A DNA stretch of 64,000 nucleotides. Source: Patescibacteria group bacterium (GTDB lineage: Bacteria > Patescibacteriota > Minisyncoccia > Phycocordibacterales > Phycocordibacteraceae). The translations under genes were made by a program, and so were the position numbers. The notes under the pieces are model-generated. The model saw nothing but the letters and a program-made list of their open reading frames with translations, had not been told where the DNA came from and did not search any database. Location: positions 85,932 through 149,931 of the forward strand of contig JBBTSO010000001.1 in NCBI GenBank assembly GCA_038064695.1, in the 5' to 3' direction. Positions 55,282-64,000 of this stretch are shown here, in pieces; the first letter of the stretch is position 1, and every line of letters begins with the position of its first letter.

Positions 55282-55821
55282 ATGAAAACCGTTGCCGTTC
55301 TTGTAGGTAGTCTGAGGAAAGAGTCGTTTAACCGATCGCTCTTTGAGGCGTTTAAAAAGTATGCTCCCGCTGACCTTCACTTCCAAGAGGTGTCTCTTAC
55401 GATGCCTCTTTATAATGCTGATGTGGAGGAGCGTGGAATTCCTGAAGAAGTTCAACGCGCAAAAGAAATAATTGACCGCGCCGATGGGGTGCTTATCGTC
55501 ACCCCTGAATATAACCGCTCACTACCGGGGGTGTTAAAAAACGCCATCGACTGGACTTCGCGCCCTGGTGGAAAAAGTTCGTGGAAGGGGAAACGAGTTG
55601 CGGGAGCGGGTGCTACCAACGGGTCACTAGGCACGGCACCAGCACAACAACACCTCCGTTCGATATTGGTATATCTTGACACCCGCGTTATGGGTCAGCC
55701 GGAGTTTTATCTCTCTGGGGTTAAAGAAAAAATTGATACCGATGGAACTGTCCGCGATGTGCCTACCAAAGAGCGTGTAGAAAAATTTCTTGCGTCATTT
55801 CTGGCGTTTTTAGAGGCATAA
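55282..55821 (+). CDS. NAD(P)H-dependent FMN reductase (ChrR-like)
   Basis: GSLRKESFN, TPEYNRSLPGVLKNAIDW.SR. Confidence 0.92.
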   Translation: MKTVAVLVGSLRKESFNRSLFEAFKKYAPADLHFQEVSLTMPLYNADVEERGIPEEVQRAKEIIDRADGVLIVTPEYNRSLPGVLKNAIDWTSRPGGKSSWKGKRVAGAGATNGSLGTAPAQQHLRSILVYLDTRVMGQPEFYLSGVKEKIDTDGTVRDVPTKERVEKFLASFLAFLEA

Positions 55822-55847
55822 AGTTGTCTTTGTGTTACTATTTGCCT

Positions 55848-56921
55848 ATGGCAACGAAGGCGCCTTCTCCCATTATTATTCATATTTCTCCGACCAGCGT
55901 TCTCTCCACGATCGCTATCGCGCTTGCTATTTGGCTCTTGTTTTACCTCAAGGATCTCGTTCTTATTGTCTTAACCGCCATTGTCATTGCTTCGTCCATT
56001 GAACCCGCGGTCTTATGGTTTATGCGCTATCGGGTAATTCGCCCGGCGGCGGTGGCACTGGTATATGCGCTAGTGTTTGGGTTTTTGTTTGGGTTTGCAT
56101 ACCTCCTCTTTCCACCGCTGATTGAAGAAACAAGTGGATTTGTTTCAACACTTCCAAAGTACATTGAGACATTTAATTTGAGCAGCCTTCTTTCAAATCA
56201 GTTTGCCGCTACCACGCAAGAAGTTACCTCTACCGCTTCACTTGCCACCACCTTGAGCGAGTTCCAGAGTATTTTCACTGCAACAGGTGAAGGTGCATTC
56301 CGTGCTGTTGCCGGTGTGTTCGGCGGGGTGTTCTCCTTTTTCCTCATTCTTCTCTTATCGTTCTATTTTGCCGTTCAGGAAACAGGCATTGATGACTTCC
56401 TTCGCGTCGTGACCCCTATCAAACACCAAAAGTACGCCATTGGCCTTTGGCGCCGCTCACAAGTAAAAATTGGGCTCTGGATGCAGGGACAACTCCTCCT
56501 ATCGCTCATTGTGGCAGTGTTGACCTACCTTTGGCTCACCGTGCTCGGCGTGCCGTACGCCCTTCTCCTTGCCATATTTGCGGCTATTGCTGAGCTAGTT
56601 CCGGTGTTTGGCTCCTTGGCGGCGGCAATACCCGCTATCGCGGTTGCAGGGACTTTTGGGGGCCTCCCTACGGCTCTTTTGGCGGGAGGTGGGTACCTCA
56701 TCATCAACCAAATTCAGGGAAACTTAATTTACCCCCTCGTGGTGAAGCGTGTGGTGGGAGTACCTCCGCTTTTGGTTATTTTGGCGTTGATTGCCGGCGC
56801 GCAGTTGGCAGGATTTTTGGGTGTTCTTCTTTCAGTGCCAATCGCGGCGGCTTTGCAAGAGTTGGTTTCTGATGTAGAAAAGAGCAAGCGCGAACACGAA
56901 CTCGCTGAACAGAATGGATAA
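55848..56921 (+). CDS. AI-2E (PerM) family transporter
   Basis: W..GQ, ELVPVFG, G.LG.LLSVPIAA; multiple TM segments. Confidence 0.9.
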   Translation: MATKAPSPIIIHISPTSVLSTIAIALAIWLLFYLKDLVLIVLTAIVIASSIEPAVLWFMRYRVIRPAAVALVYALVFGFLFGFAYLLFPPLIEETSGFVSTLPKYIETFNLSSLLSNQFAATTQEVTSTASLATTLSEFQSIFTATGEGAFRAVAGVFGGVFSFFLILLLSFYFAVQETGIDDFLRVVTPIKHQKYAIGLWRRSQVKIGLWMQGQLLLSLIVAVLTYLWLTVLGVPYALLLAIFAAIAELVPVFGSLAAAIPAIAVAGTFGGLPTALLAGGGYLIINQIQGNLIYPLVVKRVVGVPPLLVILALIAGAQLAGFLGVLLSVPIAAALQELVSDVEKSKREHELAEQNG

Positions 56922-58359
56922 GAAACCGCTCTACATTACCACCACATTGCCGTATGTGAACGCCGATCCGCATATTGGGTTTGCGTTAGAAATTTTACAA
57001 GCAGACGTGTTAGCACGACACGCATCGCTTTCAGGCAGGGAAGTATTTTTTAATACCGGCACCGACGAGCATGGGCAGAAAATTTTTGAAACCGCACAGA
57101 AAGCAGGGCGTGACGTGCAGGAATATGTTGATTATTATGCGAGCGAGTTCAAAAAATTAAAAGATGCGCTTGGACTTTCTTCCAGTCTTCATTTCATTCG
57201 CACTACAGAACCTCGTCATATTGAAGCAGCGCAAGAAATGTGGAAACGATGTGCAGCAAACGGCGACATTTACAAAAAAGCATACGAGGGGCTCTACTGT
57301 GTAGGGTGTGAAAAGTTCCTCACCCAAAAGGAAATAGTAGACGGCAAGTGTCACATTCACGGGAAAGAGCCGGTTTTACTTAAAGAAGAAAATTATTTTT
57401 TTAAATTCTCAGAGTACCAAGAAAAATTACTCCAATATCTAAATCGTACTGACGTGGTCATACCAGAGTGGCGCAGGCAAGAGGCAATCAACTTTGTGAA
57501 AGAGGGACTGGAAGACTTCAGTATTTCGCGAGAGAAAGCGCGACTTTCATGGGGTGTGCCAGTGCCGGGGGACGATACGCAGGTGATGTATGTGTGGTTT
57601 GATGCGTTGACGAGCTACATCTCCACCTTAGGTTGGCCGAATGAGGGAGGGGACTTTGAGAAATTTTGGCAGGAAGGTCATGTATTGCAGATGGCGGGGA
57701 AGGATCAAATTCGCTTTCAGTCTTTAATATGGCAGGCGATGATTATGTCGGCAGGAGTAAAAAACACCGACCAAGTTTTCTATCACGGATTTATCAACTC
57801 CGGCGGGCAGAAAATGTCCAAGTCACTAGGGAACGTCATCAACCCGTACGAGCTGGTGCAGAAGTATGGCACTGATGCCACGCGCTACCTTTTGCTTCGC
57901 CACGTTCACTCAACCGAAGATACCGATGTCACGTGGGAAAAACTCGATGAGTGGTATACGGCAGACTTGGTAAACGGAATCGGTAACTTTGTCGCGCGGG
58001 TAATGAAGTTAGCTGAAGAGTACCTACCAGGCCCAGTTGCTATTACCGAAGAGAAAAATTCTCTCATGGTCTCTGCCACCTTAGGTGCTTTTGATTTCAA
58101 CGCCGCACTAGGCTCTCTAATGGGAGTTATTAGTGAAGAGGATGAGTTTATTCAAAAGACAGAGCCATATAAAAAAATAAAGAGCGAAAGTTCTGAAGAA
58201 AAAAAACAGGCAGTAGAAAATATTGAAAGGTTAGTGAGACAAATTGAGTGGTTGGCGTATTATTTTCAACCTTTCATGCCCGAGACCTCAGGAAAAATTC
58301 TTAAGGCCATAGCAGAAAACAAAAAACCAGAGAATTTGTTCCCTAGACTACATGATTGA
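56914..58359 (+). CDS. metG: Methionine--tRNA ligase (no C-terminal tRNA-binding domain)
   Basis: YVNADPHIG, TGTDEHGQK, YVWFDAL, KMSKSLGN. Confidence 0.96.
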   Translation: MDKKPLYITTTLPYVNADPHIGFALEILQADVLARHASLSGREVFFNTGTDEHGQKIFETAQKAGRDVQEYVDYYASEFKKLKDALGLSSSLHFIRTTEPRHIEAAQEMWKRCAANGDIYKKAYEGLYCVGCEKFLTQKEIVDGKCHIHGKEPVLLKEENYFFKFSEYQEKLLQYLNRTDVVIPEWRRQEAINFVKEGLEDFSISREKARLSWGVPVPGDDTQVMYVWFDALTSYISTLGWPNEGGDFEKFWQEGHVLQMAGKDQIRFQSLIWQAMIMSAGVKNTDQVFYHGFINSGGQKMSKSLGNVINPYELVQKYGTDATRYLLLRHVHSTEDTDVTWEKLDEWYTADLVNGIGNFVARVMKLAEEYLPGPVAITEEKNSLMVSATLGAFDFNAALGSLMGVISEEDEFIQKTEPYKKIKSESSEEKKQAVENIERLVRQIEWLAYYFQPFMPETSGKILKAIAENKKPENLFPRLHD

Positions 58360-58621
58360 AGTTGTTCTCGGATACGCTCTGATGTTTATGAGCCTACTTG
58401 TGGTATTTTTTGCCTTTCCCAGCCAAGTTTGGAAGAATCATAAAGATAAAAAATTTGGAATTTCTCTCATTTTAGTTTTATTTGGAATTGGAATTTATTC
58501 CTTGCGCATCCCATATACTTTTATTCGTGAAGATTATTTTATTCTCATTCCCGATATTTTCGGTTTACTGGTACACCTAATACTAATTTATCAATTTTTC
58601 TTATACAGGCGTTCAAAATAA
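58352..58621 (+). CDS. SemiSWEET/PQ-loop-like 3-TM protein
   Basis: FPSQVWKNHKDK..GIS; three TM segments; AT-rich. Confidence 0.7.
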   Translation: MIEVVLGYALMFMSLLVVFFAFPSQVWKNHKDKKFGISLILVLFGIGIYSLRIPYTFIREDYFILIPDIFGLLVHLILIYQFFLYRRSK

Positions 58622-58630
58622 GAAGTTAAT

Positions 58631-59482
58631 ATGCAATTTAAGTATATAGATATTCATTGCCATCCAAACTTGTCGGGGCTTAAAGAAAACCAAGATGAAG
58701 TGATTGCAAAAATGGCAGAGGAGGGGGTGTTAGGAGTTGTCGTCGGCACTAACCTTGAAAGTTCCCGCGAGGCGGTGAAACTCGCCGAGCAGTACAAACA
58801 TCTCTACGCCACCGTGGGGCTCCACCCCAATTACACTCAAAAAGAAAAATTTGATATATCAAATTTTTCGGAGCTTTTGAAACATGAAAAGGTTGTGGGA
58901 GTGGGGGAATGCGGGGTGGATTATTTTAGGCAAAGCACATCTGCGCCAGGAGACACGCATCAAGACGGATGGAAAGAAAAACAGTGGGAAGTTTTTAAAC
59001 AGCACGTAGAGCTTGCGCTAGAGCACGACAAACCCCTCATGATCCACTGCCGTCCCTCAAAGGGAAGCATGGACGCTTACGAAGAGGTCGCCACCTACCT
59101 CGAGTCATTTGGTCAATGTCCGGACATTGACCAAAAGGGGGGAGGGCGGCACGTAAAAGGGAATATGCACTTTTTTGTGGGGAACGTGGAAGTGGCGAGG
59201 CGGTTTTGGAGTTTAGGATTTACTACTTCGTTTACGGGGGTTTTAACGTTTACCAAAGACTACGACGAGGTGGTACGCGAAGCTCCTGCCGATATGATTC
59301 TCTCTGAAACCGATGCGCCGTGGGCCGCCCCGGTTCCTCACCGCGGGGAAACGAACCATCCTACTTACGTTCGCTACGTCGCAGAAGCGATAGCGCGTAT
59401 TCGTGAAGAACCTGTCGAGGAGGTTCAAAAGACTCTCTTTGCCAATGCGAAGCGTATTTTCGTAATTTCTTCGAAAATTTGA
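58631..59482 (+). CDS. tatD: TatD family hydrolase
   Basis: DIHCH, GLHP, GECGVDY, IHCR, ETDAP. Confidence 0.95.
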   Translation: MQFKYIDIHCHPNLSGLKENQDEVIAKMAEEGVLGVVVGTNLESSREAVKLAEQYKHLYATVGLHPNYTQKEKFDISNFSELLKHEKVVGVGECGVDYFRQSTSAPGDTHQDGWKEKQWEVFKQHVELALEHDKPLMIHCRPSKGSMDAYEEVATYLESFGQCPDIDQKGGGRHVKGNMHFFVGNVEVARRFWSLGFTTSFTGVLTFTKDYDEVVREAPADMILSETDAPWAAPVPHRGETNHPTYVRYVAEAIARIREEPVEEVQKTLFANAKRIFVISSKI

Positions 59483-59542
59483 CAATCTCGTTTCTACAAA
59501 GCATAATTAGTTCGTTTGTTATAAAAATAAAATCCCTTATCT

Positions 59543-60016
59543 ATGGTCCTAGAAGCTTTTGATTTCATTTCAGATTTTTTCCACGCTCATGGTGCGGATG
59601 CGCATGGCAGTGATCTTCTCTATCGCCTTTTCAGTCATGACACAATGAGTAATCTAAACAACCAACAAGTTGTCGCTGATTACGATTCGATAACGGTTTT
59701 GGAAGAAGTTTCACAAGAACAGCCTCCGTCCAACGCTGCTCTGATTGAAAAATGGGACATTGAACTCCAACAGTCGATTAATGATGCTCAGCAAGCAATC
59801 AATAACATGCCTGTCACTACAGATGTCGAAAAAACTTATAAAATCTATCTTCAAAATCAACTTGATCATGTGAGTGATGAGGAACACAAAGTTCTAAAAA
59901 ATTTCCATTACACAAGTCATGAAAGACTTCAAAAACTTTCAGAGCTAAAACAGGCCGCTGACTCAATCGAGTTGCACGCCGAAAATCCTAACTGGAACAA
60001 TCCTTATAATCCCTAG
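59543..60016 (+). CDS. Orphan helical hypothetical protein
   Basis: 157-aa AT-rich ORF with TTGACA-17-CATAAT upstream. Confidence 0.65.
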   Translation: MVLEAFDFISDFFHAHGADAHGSDLLYRLFSHDTMSNLNNQQVVADYDSITVLEEVSQEQPPSNAALIEKWDIELQQSINDAQQAINNMPVTTDVEKTYKIYLQNQLDHVSDEEHKVLKNFHYTSHERLQKLSELKQAADSIELHAENPNWNNPYNP

Positions 60017-60237
60017 GACACTACTCCAGGTCATTTCGTGCCTGCCTCGGTTCCGCACTGTGGGAAGCTAAACCAGCTTGTGCATGTTCAATATGTTGCC
60101 GTGGCGGTCGCGTATTCGAGGAGAAGCAGTTGAAGATGTTCAACGAGCACTCCTTTCGAACGCAAAGCGGGGGTTTGGCATTGCTACAGAGCCCCGTATT
60201 GCCTGAATAACGACCCCGTGATACGCTGTCCTAACTT

Positions 60238-60750
60238 ATGGATACTGATATGGAAGTTACCGATTACAGCGCCGTTGTGGAGGCGGATGCAGCCAAGGAC
60301 GCTACAGGAGTCTATGAAGTGGGATACCACCTCATCCCTTCTCTTTCTGAATCAGACGTTGAAGGACAGGCATCTGCCTTGGTGGTCGCTCTTAAAAAAG
60401 CAGGAGGTTCGGTTATTGGTGAGCGCGCTCCTATTAAAATGAATCTCGCGTACGCGCTTGAAAAAAAAGTTGCGGGCGCCAAACGTTCATATAACGAAGC
60501 GTACTTCGGATGGGTTGCCTTTGAAGCACCAACTGCATCTCTCAAAACGATTGAAAGCGTTTTTGCTAAAGAAGAAAATGTACTTCGCCACCTGCTTGTT
60601 ACCACCACGGGCGACACCGTTGCGGCGGTACTTGCTGACCCGCTGCTTGACGCGGCATCAGTTCCAGAAGAACTTCCTGAAGTAGCTGCCGAAGCTGAAG
60701 CGGGAGGAGTGGTAGAATCAGTAGGAGCCGATTCTTCTGAGGAGGTCTAA
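60238..60750 (+). CDS. rpsF: 30S ribosomal protein S6 with acidic extensions
   Basis: YEVGYHL, LAYAL, YFGW, VLRHL; rpsF-ssb-rpsR order. Confidence 0.9.
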   Translation: MDTDMEVTDYSAVVEADAAKDATGVYEVGYHLIPSLSESDVEGQASALVVALKKAGGSVIGERAPIKMNLAYALEKKVAGAKRSYNEAYFGWVAFEAPTASLKTIESVFAKEENVLRHLLVTTTGDTVAAVLADPLLDAASVPEELPEVAAEAEAGGVVESVGADSSEEV

Positions 60751-60762
60751 ACAATTCTACCT

Positions 60763-61206
60763 ATGTATCTCAATAAAGTCTTTGTTGCGGGTAATCTCAC
60801 TCGTGACCCGGAGTTAAAAGCGCTTCCGAGCGGATCGTCAGTCTGCACCTTTAGTGTTGCCACGAACCGTGTATGGTTTGATCAAAATAAACAAAAACAA
60901 GAAGCGGTAGAGTATCACAACATCGTGGTGTTTGGCCGACAAGCTGAAACATCCGCGCAGTATTTAAAAAAGGGAAGTGGGGTGTTGATAGAAGGGCGCA
61001 TACAAACTCGTAGTTGGGAGAAAGAAGGGCAAAAACAGTACCGCACTGAAATCGTTGCTGAGCGCGTTCAGTTTGGTGCACGTGCAGGGACTGCAGGGCC
61101 TACCCAAGAAGTGCGTGGCGGCGACCAGCCAGGCCAGGAGGGAAGTAGCGCGGGAGGTATAGAGTACCCTACTGAAGAAATTAGCCCTGACGATATTCCA
61201 TTTTAG
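60763..61206 (+). CDS. ssb: Single-stranded DNA-binding protein
   Basis: NKVFVAGNLTRDPE, EGRIQTRSW, DDIPF tail. Confidence 0.97.
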   Translation: MYLNKVFVAGNLTRDPELKALPSGSSVCTFSVATNRVWFDQNKQKQEAVEYHNIVVFGRQAETSAQYLKKGSGVLIEGRIQTRSWEKEGQKQYRTEIVAERVQFGARAGTAGPTQEVRGGDQPGQEGSSAGGIEYPTEEISPDDIPF

Positions 61207-61252
61207 GGAATAGTTGAAAATGTAATGAAAAGCGTGTAGAATCTCTGAACAT

Positions 61253-61435
61253 ATGGATAGCACCCCCAAATACCTTGATTATAAAAATACTGCCTACCTT
61301 AAGCAGTTTTTGAATCCACACGGACGAATTTTAGGAAAGAAGCGTTCTCGTGTCCCTGCTTCACACCAACGTGAAATTGCTTCTGCAATAAAACAGGCAC
61401 GCTTCATGGCGCTCCTCCCGTACGTCATAAAATAG
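61253..61435 (+). CDS. rpsR: 30S ribosomal protein S18 (Cys-less form)
   Basis: DYKN, GRI, QR.IA.AIK.ARFMALLPY. Confidence 0.95.
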   Translation: MDSTPKYLDYKNTAYLKQFLNPHGRILGKKRSRVPASHQREIASAIKQARFMALLPYVIK

Positions 61436-61475
61436 CACTCCACAAAACCCCCTTCTCAAGGGAGATAAACGCTAC

Positions 61476-61497
61476 AAGCCCTTTCGAAAGGGCTTTT
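61476..61497. terminator. Intrinsic terminator
   Basis: AAGCCCTT-TCGA-AAGGGCTTTT. Confidence 0.75.
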
Positions 61498-61581
61498 GTT
61501 TCGTTTGGCAGGGAGATATAAAAGGAAACTAACGGTTTCTCGGGCCGGTTCGTATAATCATAAGCGCGCAGCAGTGCGCGT

Positions 61582-62157
61582 TTATGATTTACTCACCCTT
61601 TCTACGTACTCTCCGGTTTCGGTGTTGAGGCGCACAATGTCGCCTTCATTAATGAAAAGGGGAGTATTCACGACTGCTCCTGTTTCAAGCACTACCTGCT
61701 TTGAGCCGCCTTGGGCGGTATTTCCTTTAACCGCGGGAGGTGCCTCTTTAACCATAAGCTCTACTTTAATAGGAATTTGAATACCAATGACGGATTCGTC
61801 CCACACGAGGGCGGTGACTACGCTCTTTTCCTTTACGTACTGAATTTGTTGCCCCACCATTTCCTCTCCGAGAGCAATGCGGTTTTGAGGTTTTCCTACC
61901 TCATGAAACCACACCTCACCTTTTGCTTTATAAATATAGACAAACTCTTTTTTCTCCACGTCAGCTTCTTCCACCGTTTCAGTTTGGTGGAATGAAATTT
62001 CCAGTACTTTGCCTGTTTTGATGGCGCGGAGCTTCGTTTGGTTCACCGGTTTTCGTTGCTGTTTTCTAAAAACCCACGAAGAAAGAACCTCAAAGGGTTC
62101 GTTGTTATAAATGATCACTTTTTTAGGAAGGATTTCGTTGTATGAAAGTATTGCCAT
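61582..62157 (-). CDS. efp: Elongation factor P
   Basis: PPAVKGNTAQGGSK, LETG, PLFINEGD, TGEYVER. Confidence 0.93.
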   Translation of the reverse strand: MAILSYNEILPKKVIIYNNEPFEVLSSWVFRKQQRKPVNQTKLRAIKTGKVLEISFHQTETVEEADVEKKEFVYIYKAKGEVWFHEVGKPQNRIALGEEMVGQQIQYVKEKSVVTALVWDESVIGIQIPIKVELMVKEAPPAVKGNTAQGGSKQVVLETGAVVNTPLFINEGDIVRLNTETGEYVERVSKS

Positions 62158-62306
62158 GTAACCTTTGATGAGTTCGTCGAGTAGTAACAGTAGTAGCCTG
62201 CGCCAGGGAGTACTATACACCACAATACGACGCGCGCGCTACCTCTATGATACCGGTCAAACTTCTTGACAAAGTACATCTGCTCCCGCTTGATGTAGTG
62301 GTACGT

Positions 62307-62873
62307 ATGCACATACACACTGATGACATAGAGAAACTTTCAGACGAGTCACTCTTGTCATACGCGCTTGAACACCCCGACGCGTTCTCATTTTTGGTCA
62401 AGCGGTATCAGCGAGAGTTTCTGGAACGTGCGCAGTACATAGTGAAAAGTCGTGATGACGCAGAAGATGTAGTGCAGGACGCGTTCGTGCGCATTTATCG
62501 GTTTGCGCCACGTTTTCGCGGCCAGTCGGGAACCTTTAAGAATTGGGCACTCACCATTCTTATGAACGTAGCGCGTACGCGGTATCAACAAAAAGCGCGA
62601 GAGTGGAAACGTACCGCGCCTTTAACTCAGGAGCACTACGAGGGGCTCGCTGCGCCTAGCGGGGAAGAGGGGGCTCTCGCGAAGGACATCATTGAGCGCG
62701 CGCTTCTCCACGTGGGGGAAGAGACTGCCACGCTGCTTAAACTGGCCTTCATTGATGAACTGCCGTACGAAGAAATTGCAAAGCGACAAGGTATTCGGGT
62801 AGGTGCCGTGAAAACGCGCGTTCACCGCGCAAAGAGATCACTCCGTTCTATTATTGGAAACATTACACTATAA
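62307..62873 (+). CDS. ECF RNA polymerase sigma factor
   Basis: DAEDVVQDAFV, FKNW, YEEIA...GAVKTRVHRAK. Confidence 0.93.
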   Translation: MHIHTDDIEKLSDESLLSYALEHPDAFSFLVKRYQREFLERAQYIVKSRDDAEDVVQDAFVRIYRFAPRFRGQSGTFKNWALTILMNVARTRYQQKAREWKRTAPLTQEHYEGLAAPSGEEGALAKDIIERALLHVGEETATLLKLAFIDELPYEEIAKRQGIRVGAVKTRVHRAKRSLRSIIGNITL

Positions 62874-62880
62874 TTACTCT

Positions 62881-63240
62881 ATGAAAACTGACCAGGATAT
62901 TACCGATACTATTATGCGCCGCGTGCACGTCGTGCACGCGCGCCGTATGGTGCTGGCGCCCCGCACGCGCTTTTTTGCATTGGTAGTGGTGACGTTTGCG
63001 CTTGGTATTTCAGTTTCAATTAAGAACGTGATTGGGAATGCGCTCGCAGCCGCTTCTTCATGGAGTGGTTTTTTGTTTTTTATTGGAGATGCATTCCGTT
63101 CAACGGAATTTTTTGTTCAACTCTTTATACTGGGCGCAATCATCCTTGCCGTGTTTTCAATTCGCGACGTGTGCGTGTACTGTGTTGCTCACGACTTCAT
63201 TCCGTTTCTTCGCCACGCCGAACACGAACGCTCGGCCTAA
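62881..63240 (+). CDS. 2-TM protein, candidate anti-sigma factor
   Basis: Directly follows the ECF sigma gene; IMRRV N-terminus then two TM segments. Confidence 0.6.
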   Translation: MKTDQDITDTIMRRVHVVHARRMVLAPRTRFFALVVVTFALGISVSIKNVIGNALAAASSWSGFLFFIGDAFRSTEFFVQLFILGAIILAVFSIRDVCVYCVAHDFIPFLRHAEHERSA

Positions 63241-64000
63241 CCCGTCTTCAATTTCTCGCGTATCTCTTTGAGTAATTTGTTGGCGATTGGTTTGTTTTCA
63301 CGCAAATAGGTTCGCGCCGCGTCATACCCGCGTCCCAATTTTTCTTCTCCGTACGTGTATGAGCTCCCCGTTTTAGTAACGAGTGCGTATTTTTCGCCAA
63401 GCGCCAAGAGCTCTCCCTCTTGAGAAATACCCTCGTTGTACATGAGGTCAAACTCGGTTTGTTTAAAGGGCGCGGCAACTTTATTTTTTACCACTTTCAC
63501 CCGCACGCGGCCTCCCACCACTTCCTCGCCTTTCTTAATTTGCGCAATGCGGCGAATATCCATACGAACTGAGGTGTAGAACTTGAGGGCTTTTCCTCCC
63601 GGAGTTGTTTCAGGGTTGCCAAACATCACGCCAATTTGCATACGGATTTGGTTAATGAAAATAACCACGGTCTTACTTTTTGCGACAATAGCGGTTAGTT
63701 TGCGGAGCGCTTGGCTCATCAAGCGTGCTTGGCGTCCTACGTGTGTCTGCTCCATATCGCCCTCAATTTCGGCGCGGGGAGTGAGCGCGGCGACGGAGTC
63801 AATGACGATGACGTCTATTTTTCCGCTTCTGACCAGCGACTCTACAATATCCAACGCCTGTTCTCCGGTATCGGGCTGTGAAACCAAGAGGTCGTCTATT
63901 TGTACCCCAAGGCGTTTTGCATACTCAGGATCAAGCGCGTGCTCAGCATCAACGAACGCGCAGATGCCGTTCTTTTTTTGTGCTTCAGCAACAATATGGA
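63237..64000 (-). CDS. recA: Recombinase A (5' end beyond window)
   Basis: [42 protein letters not shown]. Confidence 0.97.
   Translation of the reverse strand, partial: HIVAEAQKKNGICAFVDAEHALDPEYAKRLGVQIDDLLVSQPDTGEQALDIVESLVRSGKIDVIVIDSVAALTPRAEIEGDMEQTHVGRQARLMSQALRKLTAIVAKSKTVVIFINQIRMQIGVMFGNPETTPGGKALKFYTSVRMDIRRIAQIKKGEEVVGGRVRVKVVKNKVAAPFKQTEFDLMYNEGISQEGELLALGEKYALVTKTGSSYTYGEEKLGRGYDAARTYLRENKPIANKLLKEIREKLKTG

Overview
A 64-kb chromosomal window from a small-genome bacterium, most likely Patescibacteria/CPR (Parcubacteria-like). This is an inference from the gene content, the lack of rplA after rplK, tRNA-Arg(GCG), pilM-N-O genes and near-absent Shine-Dalgarno sites. It carries core genes (polA, holA, ruvA, recO, partial recA, rpsT/F/R, rplS/K, secE-nusG, efp, argS, ileS, glyQS, metG), lower glycolysis with a split and permuted PEP synthase, a thymidylate/folate cluster, and 7 tRNA genes. 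No rRNA, CRISPR array, integrase or transposase is visible. The most striking signal is non-coding. Six of the seven tRNA genes are followed by a structured 150-255 bp element with a shared scaffold whose variable parts copy, in sense and antisense, that particular tRNA's own 3' end. Three tRNA genes are also preceded by a second element family that copies that tRNA's own 5' end. Other oddities: a TIR element inserted twice exactly at start codons (5-bp ATGNA duplication), a four-helix-bundle gene bracketed by inverted heptamer repeats, pervasive leaderless promoters, and many orphan small membrane-protein genes with their own consensus promoters. All calls come from reading the sequence by eye; no database search was run.
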